Notes: a model not told the origin generated them from the letters alone. DNA of 64,000 bases from Deltaproteobacteria bacterium (GCA_040218735.1 JAVJQW010000057.1:224001-288000); one strand, 5' to 3'; counted from the first letter of the stretch, positions 55,301 to 62,909 are shown. A program made the numbers and translations.

Positions 55301-57950
55301 CCAATGTCACGACGTCTTGCTCTCGAACGTCTCGACAGGTGGGTTCCTCGGGAACGTGTACATCGCGGCGGTGGCGAACCACACACTCGCTGCGACGCCG
55401 GATGAGTTCACCGAGAACAACGTCGGCCCGACTCACCCCGTTCTGTTCACGACTCAGGTGTGCGGCGACGGGGTCGTGGTCGCGCCGGAGATGTGCGACG
55501 ACGGAAACGCCCTGAACGGTGACGGTTGTGATGCGACGTGCGCGCTCGAGTTCTGCGGCGACGGCATCGTCAACAATGTCTCCGAGGCCTGTGACGACGG
55601 AAACGTCGTCAACGGCGATGGGTGCGATCAGCTCTGCATGGATGAGTTCTGTGGAGACGGCCTCGTCAACAACGCCGGCACCGAGGAGTGCGACGACGGG
55701 AACACCGCCGCCGACGACGGGTGCAGCGCGGCCTGCGTCGTCGAGTTCTGCGGGGACGGCGTCGTCAACAACGGGGCCGAGACGTGCGACGACGGCAACG
55801 TCGCCAACAACGATGGCTGCAATCAGCTCTGCCTGACCGAGTTCTGTGGGGACGGCGTCGTCAACAACGGGAACGAAGGCTGCGACGACGGAAACAACGT
55901 GGCGGGCGACGGCTGCAACGCGGCTTGCGTGGCTGAGTTCTGCGGCGACGCAATCGTGAACAACGTCAACGAGACTTGCGACGACGGGAACGTCGCGGTG
56001 GGTGATGGCTGTGATGCCTTCTGCCAGATCGAGAACCTCCCGGCCGCGCGGCTCGGAGAGGTGCTCTTCGACCGGAACCAGCAGCAGGTCCTCTCGACGC
56101 AGGTCTCGGGGACCCACCCGCTCAACAGCAACGCCTTCACGCTCGCGATGTGGGCGCGCGCGCCGCAGAACCAGTTCGAGGCCGTGGCCAACCGCTGGAA
56201 CAACGGCGGCCAGGTCTGGTGGCTCGGTCACTACCCCCAGGGCACGCTCGGCGTGGGTATCGCGCAGAGCCTGTCAGGCGCCGGGGGCGTCGGGCGTGAG
56301 TTTGCTTCGCCCATCGTCGGGGGTGAGTGGATGCACATCATCGTCACCTACGACGCCGGCACCGTGCACCTGTACCGCGACGGCGTGAACGACGACGGCA
56401 CGATCAACGGGCCCATCCCGACCAACCTGACCGGCGGCGACGCGCCGCTGATCATCGGCCAGGACATCTACACCGGCGCCGTAGGTAACGTCGTGTTCCT
56501 CGACCGCGCGGTGACCGCCGCGGAGGCCGAAGACATCCACTGCACGTTCACCACGAGCACCCAGCCGTGCGCGTGCGGCGTGGACGACCACGCCTGCTCA
56601 CTCAACGACGTGCTCACCATGCCGGGCCTCGTCTCGTACTGGCCGATGCACTCGGGACCGCAGGACACCGTCGGTGGGTACGATCTCTTCGAGACCAGCC
56701 CGCCGTTCGTGTACCGCGAGCGCTTCCCGTTCGGACCGCCGGCGGACGGCGGCGTCGACGCGGGCACAACGCCCGTCGACAGCGGCGTGGCGGTGGACTC
56801 CGGTGTGCCGCCGGACTCGGGCGTGCCGCCGGACTCGGGCGTGCCGCCGGACTCGGGCGTGCCGCCGGACTCGGGTGTGCCGCCGGACTCGGGTGTGCCG
56901 CCGGACTCGGGCGTGCCTCCCGACTCAGGTGTACCTCCGGACTCCGGCGTGCCGCCGGACTCGGGCGTGCCTCCCGACTCAGGTGTACCTCCGGACTCCG
57001 GCGTGCCTCCCGACTCGGGCGTGCCTCCCGACTCGGGCGTGCCACCGGACTCGGGCGTGCCTCCGGACTCGGGCGTGCCTCCGGACTCCGGCGTGCCTCC
57101 CGACTCGGGCGTGCCTCCGGACTCGGGCGTGCCACCGGACTCCGGCGTACCTCCGGACTCCGGCGTCCCCCCCGACGCCGGCTTCGTCGACGCGGGTGTC
57201 CCGCCGGACGGCGGCGCCGCGCCGGACGGCGGCGCCGTCCCGCCCGTGCCGTTCGTACCCGACGCCGTGCAGCAGCCCGGGCAGTGGGCCTCGCTCAACG
57301 CGGGCGCCGGGCAGGCGCTCAGCTCGGGCACCGTCGCGCCGGGCTCGCCGCTCGACACCAGCGCGTTCACGATCGCGGTCTGGGGTCAGCAGCCGCCGCT
57401 GTACACCGCGCTCGCCCACCGCTGGGACGAGGGCGGGCAGGTCTGGTGGCTCGGCAACGTCACCAACGGCGCCATGTCGTTCGGCCTCGCGCAGAGCACC
57501 TCCGGCGCCGGTGGGTTCGGGCGTGACTTCGCGACGCCGGTGTACGCCGGCGAGTGGCACCACTTCGTCGTCACCTACGACCAGGGCGTGATCCACACGT
57601 ACCTCGACGGGCTCAACGACGACGGCGCGGTGTTCGGGCCCGTCCCGACGAGCGTCACGGGTGGTAACTCACCGATGTACCTCGGCCAGTCGTACCTCTA
57701 CGACGGCCCGGTCGCGTCCGCGGCGTACTTCGATCGCGCGCTCGACCCGCTCGAGGTTCAGCAGGTCTTCTGCACGACCGGCGGCAGCGCCCAGGGTTGT
57801 TGGTGCGGCACCGCGCAGTCCTGCGCGCCCGCCGACCTGTACAACCTGCAGGGCCTCGTCTGTCACTGGCCCCTCGCGGGCGACGCCACCGACGCGACGG
57901 GCACACTCGACCTCATCGAGATCAACGGCCCCGTCACCTACGCCCCGTAG
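46311..57950 (+). CDS. Giant secreted/surface protein (3,879 aa): three CARDB-like super-repeats, 18 myxobacterial Cys-rich (DUF4215-type) repeats, two LamG-like domains, DSGVPP linker
   Basis: Signal peptide ALA/Q; VCNxG and ExxExNN CARDB motifs; CGDG..CDDGN..GDGC repeats; W.H..VTYD LamG motifs; uninterrupted ORF. Confidence 0.92.
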   Translation: MVHAVPRTLLASYLILNGLLPAAALAQTTVALPPSGLSTAWDIGNDGTFDNVNAGNCNVVSGSLEARCLVSFNVSTLTTPIAHAYLELAQSSYVSSGSPVRISLFTDDGVLTTLDATTAATEAGTYLPTEVGTAVRLIPLDANVLQAAINNQTWLGVRIEAVTGQSDIDIGFVQLHVTPMLPELSVEGGFPRVTFGEGHFGYRVCNTGGADVTSAVELGLYRSTDTQFGPPDEVVATINIPAAQLTAGACVVHDAIVPVTPTPTALYYGFNVDPNNLIAEIDESNNRSTGAAIGAGSGPDLLIRRLEVVPYLDSNPRIEVEICNQGDVASGQFLLTVGHAVASTFARTPRFSNVRPSLEAHACYTLSYSLPTPVNADSIDRRYYADVDVDGLIAETNERNNRIYGENVNFSPNPDLDVEIRGPSHTFDQRPSYDVYVCNRNAANPQETIVRLYALSEPIVPPNPLSSTEGSFDLGSEDCAAFSLQSNLPAQGTWYVAAHADPLHAVVEGDLRNNVAFHRVTWTSSYDLSIAALDVPEVIATNGAPPPLTASVCNEGFAASPATSLAVSANPTIGYGAADVVPAATLLSVPSLQPGGCIDLTASVPVPTFTGARLHSAVRVSLDPGGTLGADADPLDHARTARVVFGSDVNFTVSSVGVPASFEVGAPGSVEATVCNSGGVAAVRPAVSFVYGYDRVVPGANDYHVGDPLFPFGSVPAGGVLAAGSCEVVAATGSIHASDGRTFVGASLDRTATQISYVDALATSPRTFTTFPGGPVFELANVSVAVNGMGGSGTLSYDLCNVGYGPVTGPVTISVIRYFDAERSFSSGSADRLVASEVVSTSLAVGACLSRTAAIATSGYFVIQVSGGGGVPVRTFVPIAATIPRVSDLFVQQLTAATQVTGATFPVTIQLCSGEGATAQPPVAFYLSNDAQVVSTDEDPLTTDVVIASGMGVALQQNTCEDITYNLPTPPTNGTFYLGAFVNSGFAVAEDVTNNNMSPAHMFTVGAPAPCGDGTLDTGEECDDGNTLSGDGCDAACVLEYCGDGVTNNTNETCDDGNVVAGDGCSSTCVSEFCGDGVVNNSGAETCDDGNTVPGDGCDAACQYETQPNGPDLTIEGGFPPVIASDGHFGYRVCNRGNSDVAPTAQVGIRLVRGPDSSVDLIDTVVADIFVSAAQLTAGNCSIADFTTAVAAAPSADHFGFIVDPQNQIIESDESNNQTVAQPIGTGSGVDLWIEQVEVGGSQTSQTALHSVHVCNLGDTAAGPYSVVTGHVDVNGATTVAGTRQLPGLSAHACTVVWFQQVFASTTGNVRVYAQVDAANQVSELNEHNNRHYADERNFDPGPDGEVTIAGSRLTGNGAFRVASYLCPRVSNTPIGAVVDNFISSDTAYQPSDLLFDSGLVSSPINQCARRVSDGTLPSPGVWQIGAFADRAQTTSDPDRRNNEAYLPVVFTTSYDLELSALEIDPVQAIGAPGQATVTICNRGAATAPATTVALHLNPLRIGAPGDDVGIAPAHAVPSLSPETCTTLTVPVPSNPSTSARIVTGLHALLDPAGALAQDADPTNQQAWVPVTRGAGTNFRVTSLTVPDPVVRHAPFNIQATVCNFGDTGAARPAAEFLSSFGGPVIALQDTTSAAITALGSAPTGAFLAPGACEDINATVTHTWHSRVSEFGVSLARSTGSLELTFADDMAVVRREVVDNQAALRVVNPSIVRFGSSAGLATYEVCNVGTAPTTNDGVQFLRHYDPDYRYRVIGAAGYSFDTLPVLQPGACLSRSLQLNEGGGYVRVRTIAGGHGSDHPVRLGQVWNTTGNDLYVEQFTAPASGPASFTATARVCNSGFGSIPASTLAVYASYDATVTSLDVDPGSIDTILTTAVVPALVGATCADITIPGVPSAGAVGDRYVAAVANHGLSVLADTIAENNVGPVSAITFTGQLCGDGIADGGEECDDGNGVDGDGCTAACIAEFCGDGVINDTDETCDDSNAIAGDGCGVTCQIEVCGDGIVNNNGTEECDDGNTAAGDGCTDLCVVEFCGDGIVNDTNETCDDGNTTAGDGCNSSCVIEVCGDGVVNNNGTEECDDGNTTAGDGCDSSCIVELCGDGIVNNAGTETCDDGNTTSGDGCSASCALEFCGDGVVNNTSEQCDDGNTTAGDGCTSTCLLEFCGDGVINDGGVEECDDGNASAGDGCSDLCITEFCGDGVVNNGTETCDDANNVNGDGCSAACVIEAPSNAPDLVIDGGYPDLVSTGLGQFGYRVCNLGDADMTSPAVVHLYGSTDTTYAAPDVLVTSFSVPASELSAGACTVGDLALPLTPTATALYYGYVIDPLNQVLELNEGNNVPVGAAIGAGSGPDLLVASVDSVGNEWSGIRTYRVRVCNQGDVDATPFRLTLGHADAATLQRVPDVIQTQPALTAHTCYDIDLSVGTYGQVSGERIVYADADGDGQIVERNERNNRSYGTGTTFDLDVNMVVELSGTTRTASGDFRLDVTVCDRGTNGPSAARQIEYFISTDATFDPTVDTILQSDSVATGSCQRLELTSTLPTAGVWYVGAIVDRGEMLPDTDRRDNVAFHRIVSGPGFDLELAAIDVPPVVGVAAAELADVTVCNRGSVPSPDTEVAVGFNPLAIDGGPDHFTGGNRQPVPALENGECVDISVPLPVLPPQRWYTRARATLDPDVLLTGDADPSNHGRSVSILAGVGANFRVTALSAPVTVPGNDPVDLTATVCNTGDAGAARPPLEFIADGLVLPASSQDDPTATVVATVPIGGTLAPGACADVSVSVPQNGHTPYFGAAIVRTQPSEIAHTDDIAHAPYVYFRGTQDIGLWDFQNVSLTYSAVGQGSLSLDLCNLGAVATFGNTILNVDGYLDAELRYQAARPGHLQMTTPIAPGQCLPLTLPLSAFGGYLNLVVFGEGAPERQLPLGSGWYTTSTDVYVEQLTVPGAVDASFDATVRVCAAGPGPVPASQVALYMSHDATVTSLDEDPGTTDQILATASVPAFNGTQCHDVLLSNVSTGGFLGNVYIAAVANHTLAATPDEFTENNVGPTHPVLFTTQVCGDGVVVAPEMCDDGNALNGDGCDATCALEFCGDGIVNNVSEACDDGNVVNGDGCDQLCMDEFCGDGLVNNAGTEECDDGNTAADDGCSAACVVEFCGDGVVNNGAETCDDGNVANNDGCNQLCLTEFCGDGVVNNGNEGCDDGNNVAGDGCNAACVAEFCGDAIVNNVNETCDDGNVAVGDGCDAFCQIENLPAARLGEVLFDRNQQQVLSTQVSGTHPLNSNAFTLAMWARAPQNQFEAVANRWNNGGQVWWLGHYPQGTLGVGIAQSLSGAGGVGREFASPIVGGEWMHIIVTYDAGTVHLYRDGVNDDGTINGPIPTNLTGGDAPLIIGQDIYTGAVGNVVFLDRAVTAAEAEDIHCTFTTSTQPCACGVDDHACSLNDVLTMPGLVSYWPMHSGPQDTVGGYDLFETSPPFVYRERFPFGPPADGGVDAGTTPVDSGVAVDSGVPPDSGVPPDSGVPPDSGVPPDSGVPPDSGVPPDSGVPPDSGVPPDSGVPPDSGVPPDSGVPPDSGVPPDSGVPPDSGVPPDSGVPPDSGVPPDSGVPPDSGVPPDSGVPPDSGVPPDSGVPPDAGFVDAGVPPDGGAAPDGGAVPPVPFVPDAVQQPGQWASLNAGAGQALSSGTVAPGSPLDTSAFTIAVWGQQPPLYTALAHRWDEGGQVWWLGNVTNGAMSFGLAQSTSGAGGFGRDFATPVYAGEWHHFVVTYDQGVIHTYLDGLNDDGAVFGPVPTSVTGGNSPMYLGQSYLYDGPVASAAYFDRALDPLEVQQVFCTTGGSAQGCWCGTAQSCAPADLYNLQGLVCHWPLAGDATDATGTLDLIEINGPVTYAP
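49341..49620 (+). repeat. Cys-rich repeat block 1 (3 copies)
   Basis: CGDGx(6-8)ExCDDGNx3GDGCx3C units. Confidence 0.9.
52116..52985 (+). repeat. Cys-rich repeat block 2 (9 copies)
   Basis: Counted from the translation. Confidence 0.9.
55461..56033 (+). repeat. Cys-rich repeat block 3 (6 copies)
   Basis: Counted from the translation. Confidence 0.9.
56796..57173 (+). repeat. 18-bp coding tandem repeat, 21 copies, encoding DSGVPP
   Basis: GAC-TCN-GGY-GTN-CCN-CCN x21; only synonymous variation. Confidence 0.95.
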
Positions 57951-57962
57951 TCGGATCGAGCC

Positions 57963-57990
57963 GGGCCGGCACCCGAGCGGTGCCGAGCCC
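57963..57990 (+). terminator. GC-rich hairpin after the giant gene
   Basis: GGGC-CGGCACC-N5-GGTGCCG-A-GCCC, 12 nt after the stop; no U-tract. Confidence 0.3.
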
Positions 57991-58069
57991 ACTCGAACGA
58001 ATTTCGAACCCACGGCGAACGAACCCGGACGAATTCCGGACGACGACGACGTACGTCCGTCGTGCGCGC

Positions 58070-58085
58070 TGGCACGTCGTTTGGA
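58070..58085 (+). promoter_or_regulatory. Putative sigma54 promoter (-12 variant) preceded by phased repeats
   Basis: TGGCACG-TCGT-TTGGA; CGAACG/GGACG units about 11 bp apart at 57994-58045; AAAGGA SD before ATG 58116. Confidence 0.5.
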
Positions 58086-58115
58086 TTGGGCGACATCCAG
58101 AAAGGAACTCGCCCC

Positions 58116-59087
58116 ATGTTCACCACCGCCCTCCTCATCGCCTCCCTCCAGACCGCCGCCGCCGGACAGATCGGCATCGAAGCCGCCGACGCAAACGGCG
58201 CCGTCCGCGTCACCTCCGTCGACGCCGCCGGGCCCGCCGCCCGCTTCGCCAAGCCCGGCGACACCATCGTGTCGATCGACCGCATCCCCACGCCAACGCT
58301 CGAGATCTACGACGCGATCGTCAGCCGCATCCGCGCGGGCGACGCGATCGTCGTCGTCCTGAACAGCGAGGGCGTCACGCTCGGTCACCGCATCAAGGCC
58401 ATCGCACCCGCCGCCCCCGGCGAAGTCGCGATCGTCGATCACACGCAGGAAGCCGCCCCCGCGCCGATGCCCGCCGCGCCGACGACCGCGGCACCGCCGG
58501 CCCGCGCCTCGACCCAGCTCGCTCCGAAGCCCGTCGCCAAGAACACGCCGTTCGTCTTCTCGGCGTTCGGCAATGAAATCGGAAAGACGGCCGTGGGTGT
58601 CGGGCTCGCATACCACTCGGAGCTGCTCGGCGAGGTCAACGTCGTCACGCGCTTCACGAAGCTCGTGAGCTTGGACGTGAACCTCGGTACGAACCTCAGC
58701 ACCTCCTACGCCAACCTCGGCGCCCGCTTCACCGTCGTCGAAGGCGAGAGCTTCGCCGTCGCCGCTCGTGTCCGTGTCCACGCGACGGTCGCCAACCCCA
58801 ACGACACCGTGGTGCTCGGTGGGATGAGCGGGGGGCTGCTCGCGTCGTTCGGAAACGACGCCTTCAACGCGACCCTCGGCGTCGACGCGACGCACTACGA
58901 GTTCGCGTGGGTCGACCGCTCGTCCGGCGTGTTCGAGAACATCGGCTACGGCGTCCGGCCCTACGCGGCCGTCGAGTTCCACGCGGTGCAGGGCGTGGCC
59001 ATCTACGGCATGGGTTTCTTCGAGCGCGGGAAGGTCGGCACCGCCCGCTTCTCCGCCCCCGGCGTCGCCATCGGCGCCACCTACTGA
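58116..59087 (+). CDS. Exported protein: PDZ domain, Pro/Ala linker, predicted outer-membrane beta-barrel
   Basis: Signal peptide; IGIE..VRVTSVDAAGPAA..KPGDTIVSID PDZ pattern; amphipathic strands ending GVAIGATY. Confidence 0.72.
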   Translation: MFTTALLIASLQTAAAGQIGIEAADANGAVRVTSVDAAGPAARFAKPGDTIVSIDRIPTPTLEIYDAIVSRIRAGDAIVVVLNSEGVTLGHRIKAIAPAAPGEVAIVDHTQEAAPAPMPAAPTTAAPPARASTQLAPKPVAKNTPFVFSAFGNEIGKTAVGVGLAYHSELLGEVNVVTRFTKLVSLDVNLGTNLSTSYANLGARFTVVEGESFAVAARVRVHATVANPNDTVVLGGMSGGLLASFGNDAFNATLGVDATHYEFAWVDRSSGVFENIGYGVRPYAAVEFHAVQGVAIYGMGFFERGKVGTARFSAPGVAIGATY

Positions 59088-59106
59088 GCCCGACGCCGGG
59101 CGACCG

Positions 59107-59135
59107 TTGACAGCGGACGGGCCGCTGCCTACTCA
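59107..59135 (+). promoter_or_regulatory. Putative sigma70 promoter giving a leaderless mRNA
   Basis: TTGACA-N17-TACTCA, 6 nt before ATG 59142. Confidence 0.55.
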
Positions 59136-59141
59136 GGCCCG

Positions 59142-60623
59142 ATGCACGAACTGCTCACGAACTTCGTCAACGGCGCCTGGTCCGCCTCACCGTCCGGCCG
59201 GACGATCGACAACATCAACCCGGCCGACACCCGCCAGGTCCTCGGTCCGGTCACCCGCTCCACGCCGGACGACACCCGCGCCGCCGTCGAAGCCGCGAAG
59301 GCCGCGTTCCCCGCCTGGAAAGCCATGCCCGCCCCCAAGCGCGGCGCGATCCTCTTCGAGGCGACCCGCCTGATGAAGGAGCGCAAGGCCGAGATCGCGA
59401 AGGCGCTCACCCTCGAAGAGGGGAAGACGCTCGCCGAGTCGACCGGCGAAGTGCAGAAGTCGATCAACCTGCTCGAGTTCATCGCCGGCGAGGCGCGTCG
59501 TTTGAATGGAACGACGGTCCCTTCCGAGATGCCGAAGACGTTCGCGTACACCGTGCGGTCCCCGCTCGGCGTCGCGGGGCTCGTCACGCCGTGGAACTTC
59601 CCGGTGTGCATCCCCACCTGGAAGATCGCGCCCGCGCTCGTCGCGGGGAACACGATCGTCTTCAAGCCGGCGACCACCACGCCGTGGACCGCCGACCTCG
59701 TGACACGGGTCTTCGCCGACGCGGGGGTCCCCGCCGGCGTCATCAACCTCGTGCACGGCTCCGGCCGTGAGGTGGGCCAGGTGATCGTCGAGCACCCCGA
59801 GGTCCCCGCGCTGTCGTTCACGGGCTCCAACGACGTCGGCTGTCGCCTCTACCAGGACGGCGCCGCGCGCCTGAAGAAGGTGCAGTGTGAGATGGGCGGC
59901 AAGAACCCGCTGATCGTGCTGGGCGACGCCGACGTCGAGCTCGCCGCCATCGCGACGGCGCAGGGTGCGTTCGGCTCCACCGGCCAGCGCTGCACCGCGA
60001 CCTCCCGGGCGATCGTGGTCGACAGCGTCGCGGACGCGTTCGTCGCGCAGGTCGTCGAGGCGGCGAAGAAGCTGCGCGTCGGCAACGGCATGCACGACGG
60101 CGTCGACATGGGCCCCTCCGTCGACGAGGGCCAGATGAACACGGTGCTGAAGTACCACGCGATCGCGAAGGAGGAAGGCGCCAAGCTCATGTGCGGCGGC
60201 GGCCGCCTCACCGACGGCGACCTCGCGCACGGCTACTTCACGGCGCCGACGGTCTACGACCACGTGGATGGGAAGTCGCGGCTCGCCCAGGAGGAGATCT
60301 TCGGCCCGGTGCTCTCGGTCATCCGCGTGAAGGACTGGGCGGAGGCGATCGATGTCGCGAACAGCGTCGAGTACGGGCTGACGTCGTCGGTGTTCACGAA
60401 GGACGTCACGCGCGCGATGGAGTACGTCGACGAGGTCGAGACGGGCATGCTGCACGTCAACTCCCCGACCGTCGGCGGCGAAGCGCAGCTCCCCTTCGGC
60501 GGCGTGAAGGCGACCGGCGTCGGCCAGCGTGAGATGGGCCAGACCGCGATCGACTTCTTCACCGAGTGGAAGACGGTCTACATCGACTACACCGGCACGA
60601 AGCGCGACTCGAAGCTGTACTGA
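59142..60623 (+). CDS. NAD(P)-dependent aldehyde dehydrogenase (alpha-ketoglutaric semialdehyde dehydrogenase-like subfamily)
   Basis: TPWNFP, FKPA, SFTGS, EMGGKNP, GQRCTA, EEIFGPV, PFGGVKATG. Confidence 0.95.
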   Translation: MHELLTNFVNGAWSASPSGRTIDNINPADTRQVLGPVTRSTPDDTRAAVEAAKAAFPAWKAMPAPKRGAILFEATRLMKERKAEIAKALTLEEGKTLAESTGEVQKSINLLEFIAGEARRLNGTTVPSEMPKTFAYTVRSPLGVAGLVTPWNFPVCIPTWKIAPALVAGNTIVFKPATTTPWTADLVTRVFADAGVPAGVINLVHGSGREVGQVIVEHPEVPALSFTGSNDVGCRLYQDGAARLKKVQCEMGGKNPLIVLGDADVELAAIATAQGAFGSTGQRCTATSRAIVVDSVADAFVAQVVEAAKKLRVGNGMHDGVDMGPSVDEGQMNTVLKYHAIAKEEGAKLMCGGGRLTDGDLAHGYFTAPTVYDHVDGKSRLAQEEIFGPVLSVIRVKDWAEAIDVANSVEYGLTSSVFTKDVTRAMEYVDEVETGMLHVNSPTVGGEAQLPFGGVKATGVGQREMGQTAIDFFTEWKTVYIDYTGTKRDSKLY

Positions 60624-61225
60624 TGCGCGAGATCGACCCGAAGGACCTCGACCGACGGTCCGCGTACTTCTTCATGACGACGTCGGTCGTGCCACGCCCG
60701 ATCGGCTGGGCGAGCACGGTCAGCGAAACCGGCGCGGTGAACGTCGCGCCGTTTTCGTTCTTCAACGCCTGCTGCGCCGACCCGCCGATGGTGATGCTCA
60801 CCGTCGGCCGCCGGCGCGGCGAGCGAAAGGACACCGCCAACAACCTCCTGGCGACGAAGGAAGCAGTGGTCCACATCCCGACGCGCCCGGTCGCGGAGGC
60901 AATGGTGCAGACGTCCGCCGGGCTGCCGGCCGGCGAGAGCGAGATGGACTTCGCGAAGCTGACGGCCGTCGAGTCGAAGATCGTGAAGCCCCCGCGCATC
61001 GCGGAGGCCGCGGTCGCCATGGAGGCGAAGCTCGAGCGCCACCTGGAGATCGGCAACGGCACGGACATGTTCCTGCTGGAGGTCGTCTACTTCCACCTCG
61101 ACGAGGCCGTCCTCGGCGAAGACGGCTACCCCGACCCGGCGAAGCTCGCCGCCGTCGGCCGCCTCGGCGGAATCCGGTACTGCGAGACCACCGACGTCTT
61201 CGAAATCCCCGGCCCCCCGCGCTGA
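60623..61225 (+). CDS. Flavin reductase-like FMN-binding protein
   Basis: VVPRPIGWAST, NVAPFSFFN, KDTANN, VKPPRIAEA, VGRLGG; TGATG overlap with the ALDH gene. Confidence 0.9.
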   Translation: MREIDPKDLDRRSAYFFMTTSVVPRPIGWASTVSETGAVNVAPFSFFNACCADPPMVMLTVGRRRGERKDTANNLLATKEAVVHIPTRPVAEAMVQTSAGLPAGESEMDFAKLTAVESKIVKPPRIAEAAVAMEAKLERHLEIGNGTDMFLLEVVYFHLDEAVLGEDGYPDPAKLAAVGRLGGIRYCETTDVFEIPGPPR

Positions 61226-62848
61226 TCACTCCGCGGGCAGCGCGTAGTCCGCGTACTGCTCCCTCAGCTTCCGCTTCAGCACCTTCCCCGTCGCGCCGAG
61301 CGGCAGCGCGTCCACGAACTCCACGGCGTTCGGGAGCCACCACTTCGTGAGGTGCTGACCGAGGAACTCGAGCAGCTCCTCCTTCGTGACCTCCTGGTCG
61401 GGCGCCTTCACCACGATGAGGAGCGGGCGCTCCTGCCACTTCGGATGCGGCACGCCGATGACCGCGGCCTGCGCGACCTTGGGGTGACGCATCGCCGCGT
61501 TCTCGACGCCGATGCTGCTGACCCACTCCCCGCCGGACTTGATGACGTCCTTGCTGCGGTCGGTGATGTGCATGTAGCCGTCGGCGTCGATCGTCGCGAT
61601 GTCGCCGGTGTAGAACCAACCGTCGACGTGGTTCGCGTCGGCCTCACGTTTGAAGTAGCTGCTCGCGACCCACGGGCCCTTGATCTGCAGGTGGCCGGAG
61701 GTCTCGCCGTCGTGCGCCAGGACCTTGCCGGCGTCGTCGACGATGCGGAGGTCGACGCCGAAGATCGGGCGGCCCTGCTTGATCTCGATCTGCCGGCGCT
61801 CCGCCTCCGAGAGGTCGGCGTGTTTCGGCAGCAGCACGTTCGCCGTGCCCAGCGGGGACGTCTCCGTCATGCCCCACGCATGGATGACCCGCGCGCCGTG
61901 CTCCTTCTCGAACGCCTCGATCATCGACGGCGGGACCGCCGAGCCGCCGATTGTCACCGTGTCGACCGTGTCGAACCGCTTCCCCGCGGCGCGCGCCGCC
62001 GCGAGCAGGCCCATCCAAACCGTGGGCACACCGAGCAGGCTCGTCACCTTCTCGGTCTCGATCAGCTCGATCAGGCTGTTGCCGTCCATCCCCGGCCCGG
62101 GGAACACGAGCTTCGAGCCGCTCATCACCGCGGCGTACGGCACCCCCCACGCGTTGACGTGGAACATGGGGACAATCGGCAACGTCACGCTCTTCGCGGA
62201 GATCGCCAGCGTGTCCGCCATACACACCGCGTAGGAGTGGAGCACCGTCGACCGGTGCGAGTAGAGGACGCCCTTCGGCTCCGCCGTCGTCCCCGACGTG
62301 TAACAGAGCGACGACGCGGTGTTCTCGTCGAGCTGCGGCCACGCGAAGTCCTCCGACGCATCCGCGATCAGCGACTCGTAGGCCTGCGCAGCCTCGAAGT
62401 CCGCGGGGCGGTGTGCGTCGTCCGTCATCGCGACGTAGCTCTTGATGGACGACCCCGACGCCGCGAGGAGCTGCGCCAACTTCGTGAACGTGGTGTCGAA
62501 GAACAACGCCGTGTCCTCCGCGTGACCGACCACGTACTTCAGCTGGTCCGGCGGCAAGCGCGGATTGATCGTGTGGAGGATCGCGCCCATCCCCGACACC
62601 GCAAAATACAGCTCGAGGTGCCGGTGCGTGTTCCAGGCGATCGTCGCGACACGGTCGCCCGCCTTGACGCCCATCGCCGCGAGCGCGTTCGCGAGTTTCT
62701 TCGAGCGGCGATGAATCTCGCCGTAGTTGCTCCGATGAATCGGACCTTCGACGGTGCGCGTGACGCACTCCACCGACGGGTGGAACTTCGCGGCGAACTC
62801 GATCTGGTTCGAGAGGAGGAGGGGCAGGTCCATCATTTGGCCGAGCAT
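61226..62848 (-). CDS. Fatty acid--CoA ligase (AlkK/DmdB-like AMP-binding enzyme)
   Basis: LCYTSGTTAEPKGV, PMFHVNAWG, AWGMTE, WFYTGD, DRSKDVIKSGGEW, GKVLK; start ATG 62848. Confidence 0.95.
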   Translation of the reverse strand: MLGQMMDLPLLLSNQIEFAAKFHPSVECVTRTVEGPIHRSNYGEIHRRSKKLANALAAMGVKAGDRVATIAWNTHRHLELYFAVSGMGAILHTINPRLPPDQLKYVVGHAEDTALFFDTTFTKLAQLLAASGSSIKSYVAMTDDAHRPADFEAAQAYESLIADASEDFAWPQLDENTASSLCYTSGTTAEPKGVLYSHRSTVLHSYAVCMADTLAISAKSVTLPIVPMFHVNAWGVPYAAVMSGSKLVFPGPGMDGNSLIELIETEKVTSLLGVPTVWMGLLAAARAAGKRFDTVDTVTIGGSAVPPSMIEAFEKEHGARVIHAWGMTETSPLGTANVLLPKHADLSEAERRQIEIKQGRPIFGVDLRIVDDAGKVLAHDGETSGHLQIKGPWVASSYFKREADANHVDGWFYTGDIATIDADGYMHITDRSKDVIKSGGEWVSSIGVENAAMRHPKVAQAAVIGVPHPKWQERPLLIVVKAPDQEVTKEELLEFLGQHLTKWWLPNAVEFVDALPLGATGKVLKRKLREQYADYALPAE

Positions 62849-62909
62849 GCGGCGGACACTAGGACAGGTCCGCCCGGAGCGCACGCCGCACGCGGTCAAA
62901 CGCCTCGGC

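Noticed and set aside
56796-57173. Possible CRISPR array or non-coding repeat
   Set aside because: No unique spacers, 18-bp in-frame unit with synonymous variation, no cas genes
61226-62848. Specific call as dmdB (DMSP demethylation pathway)
   Set aside because: Family resemblance only; no dmdA/C/D context in the window
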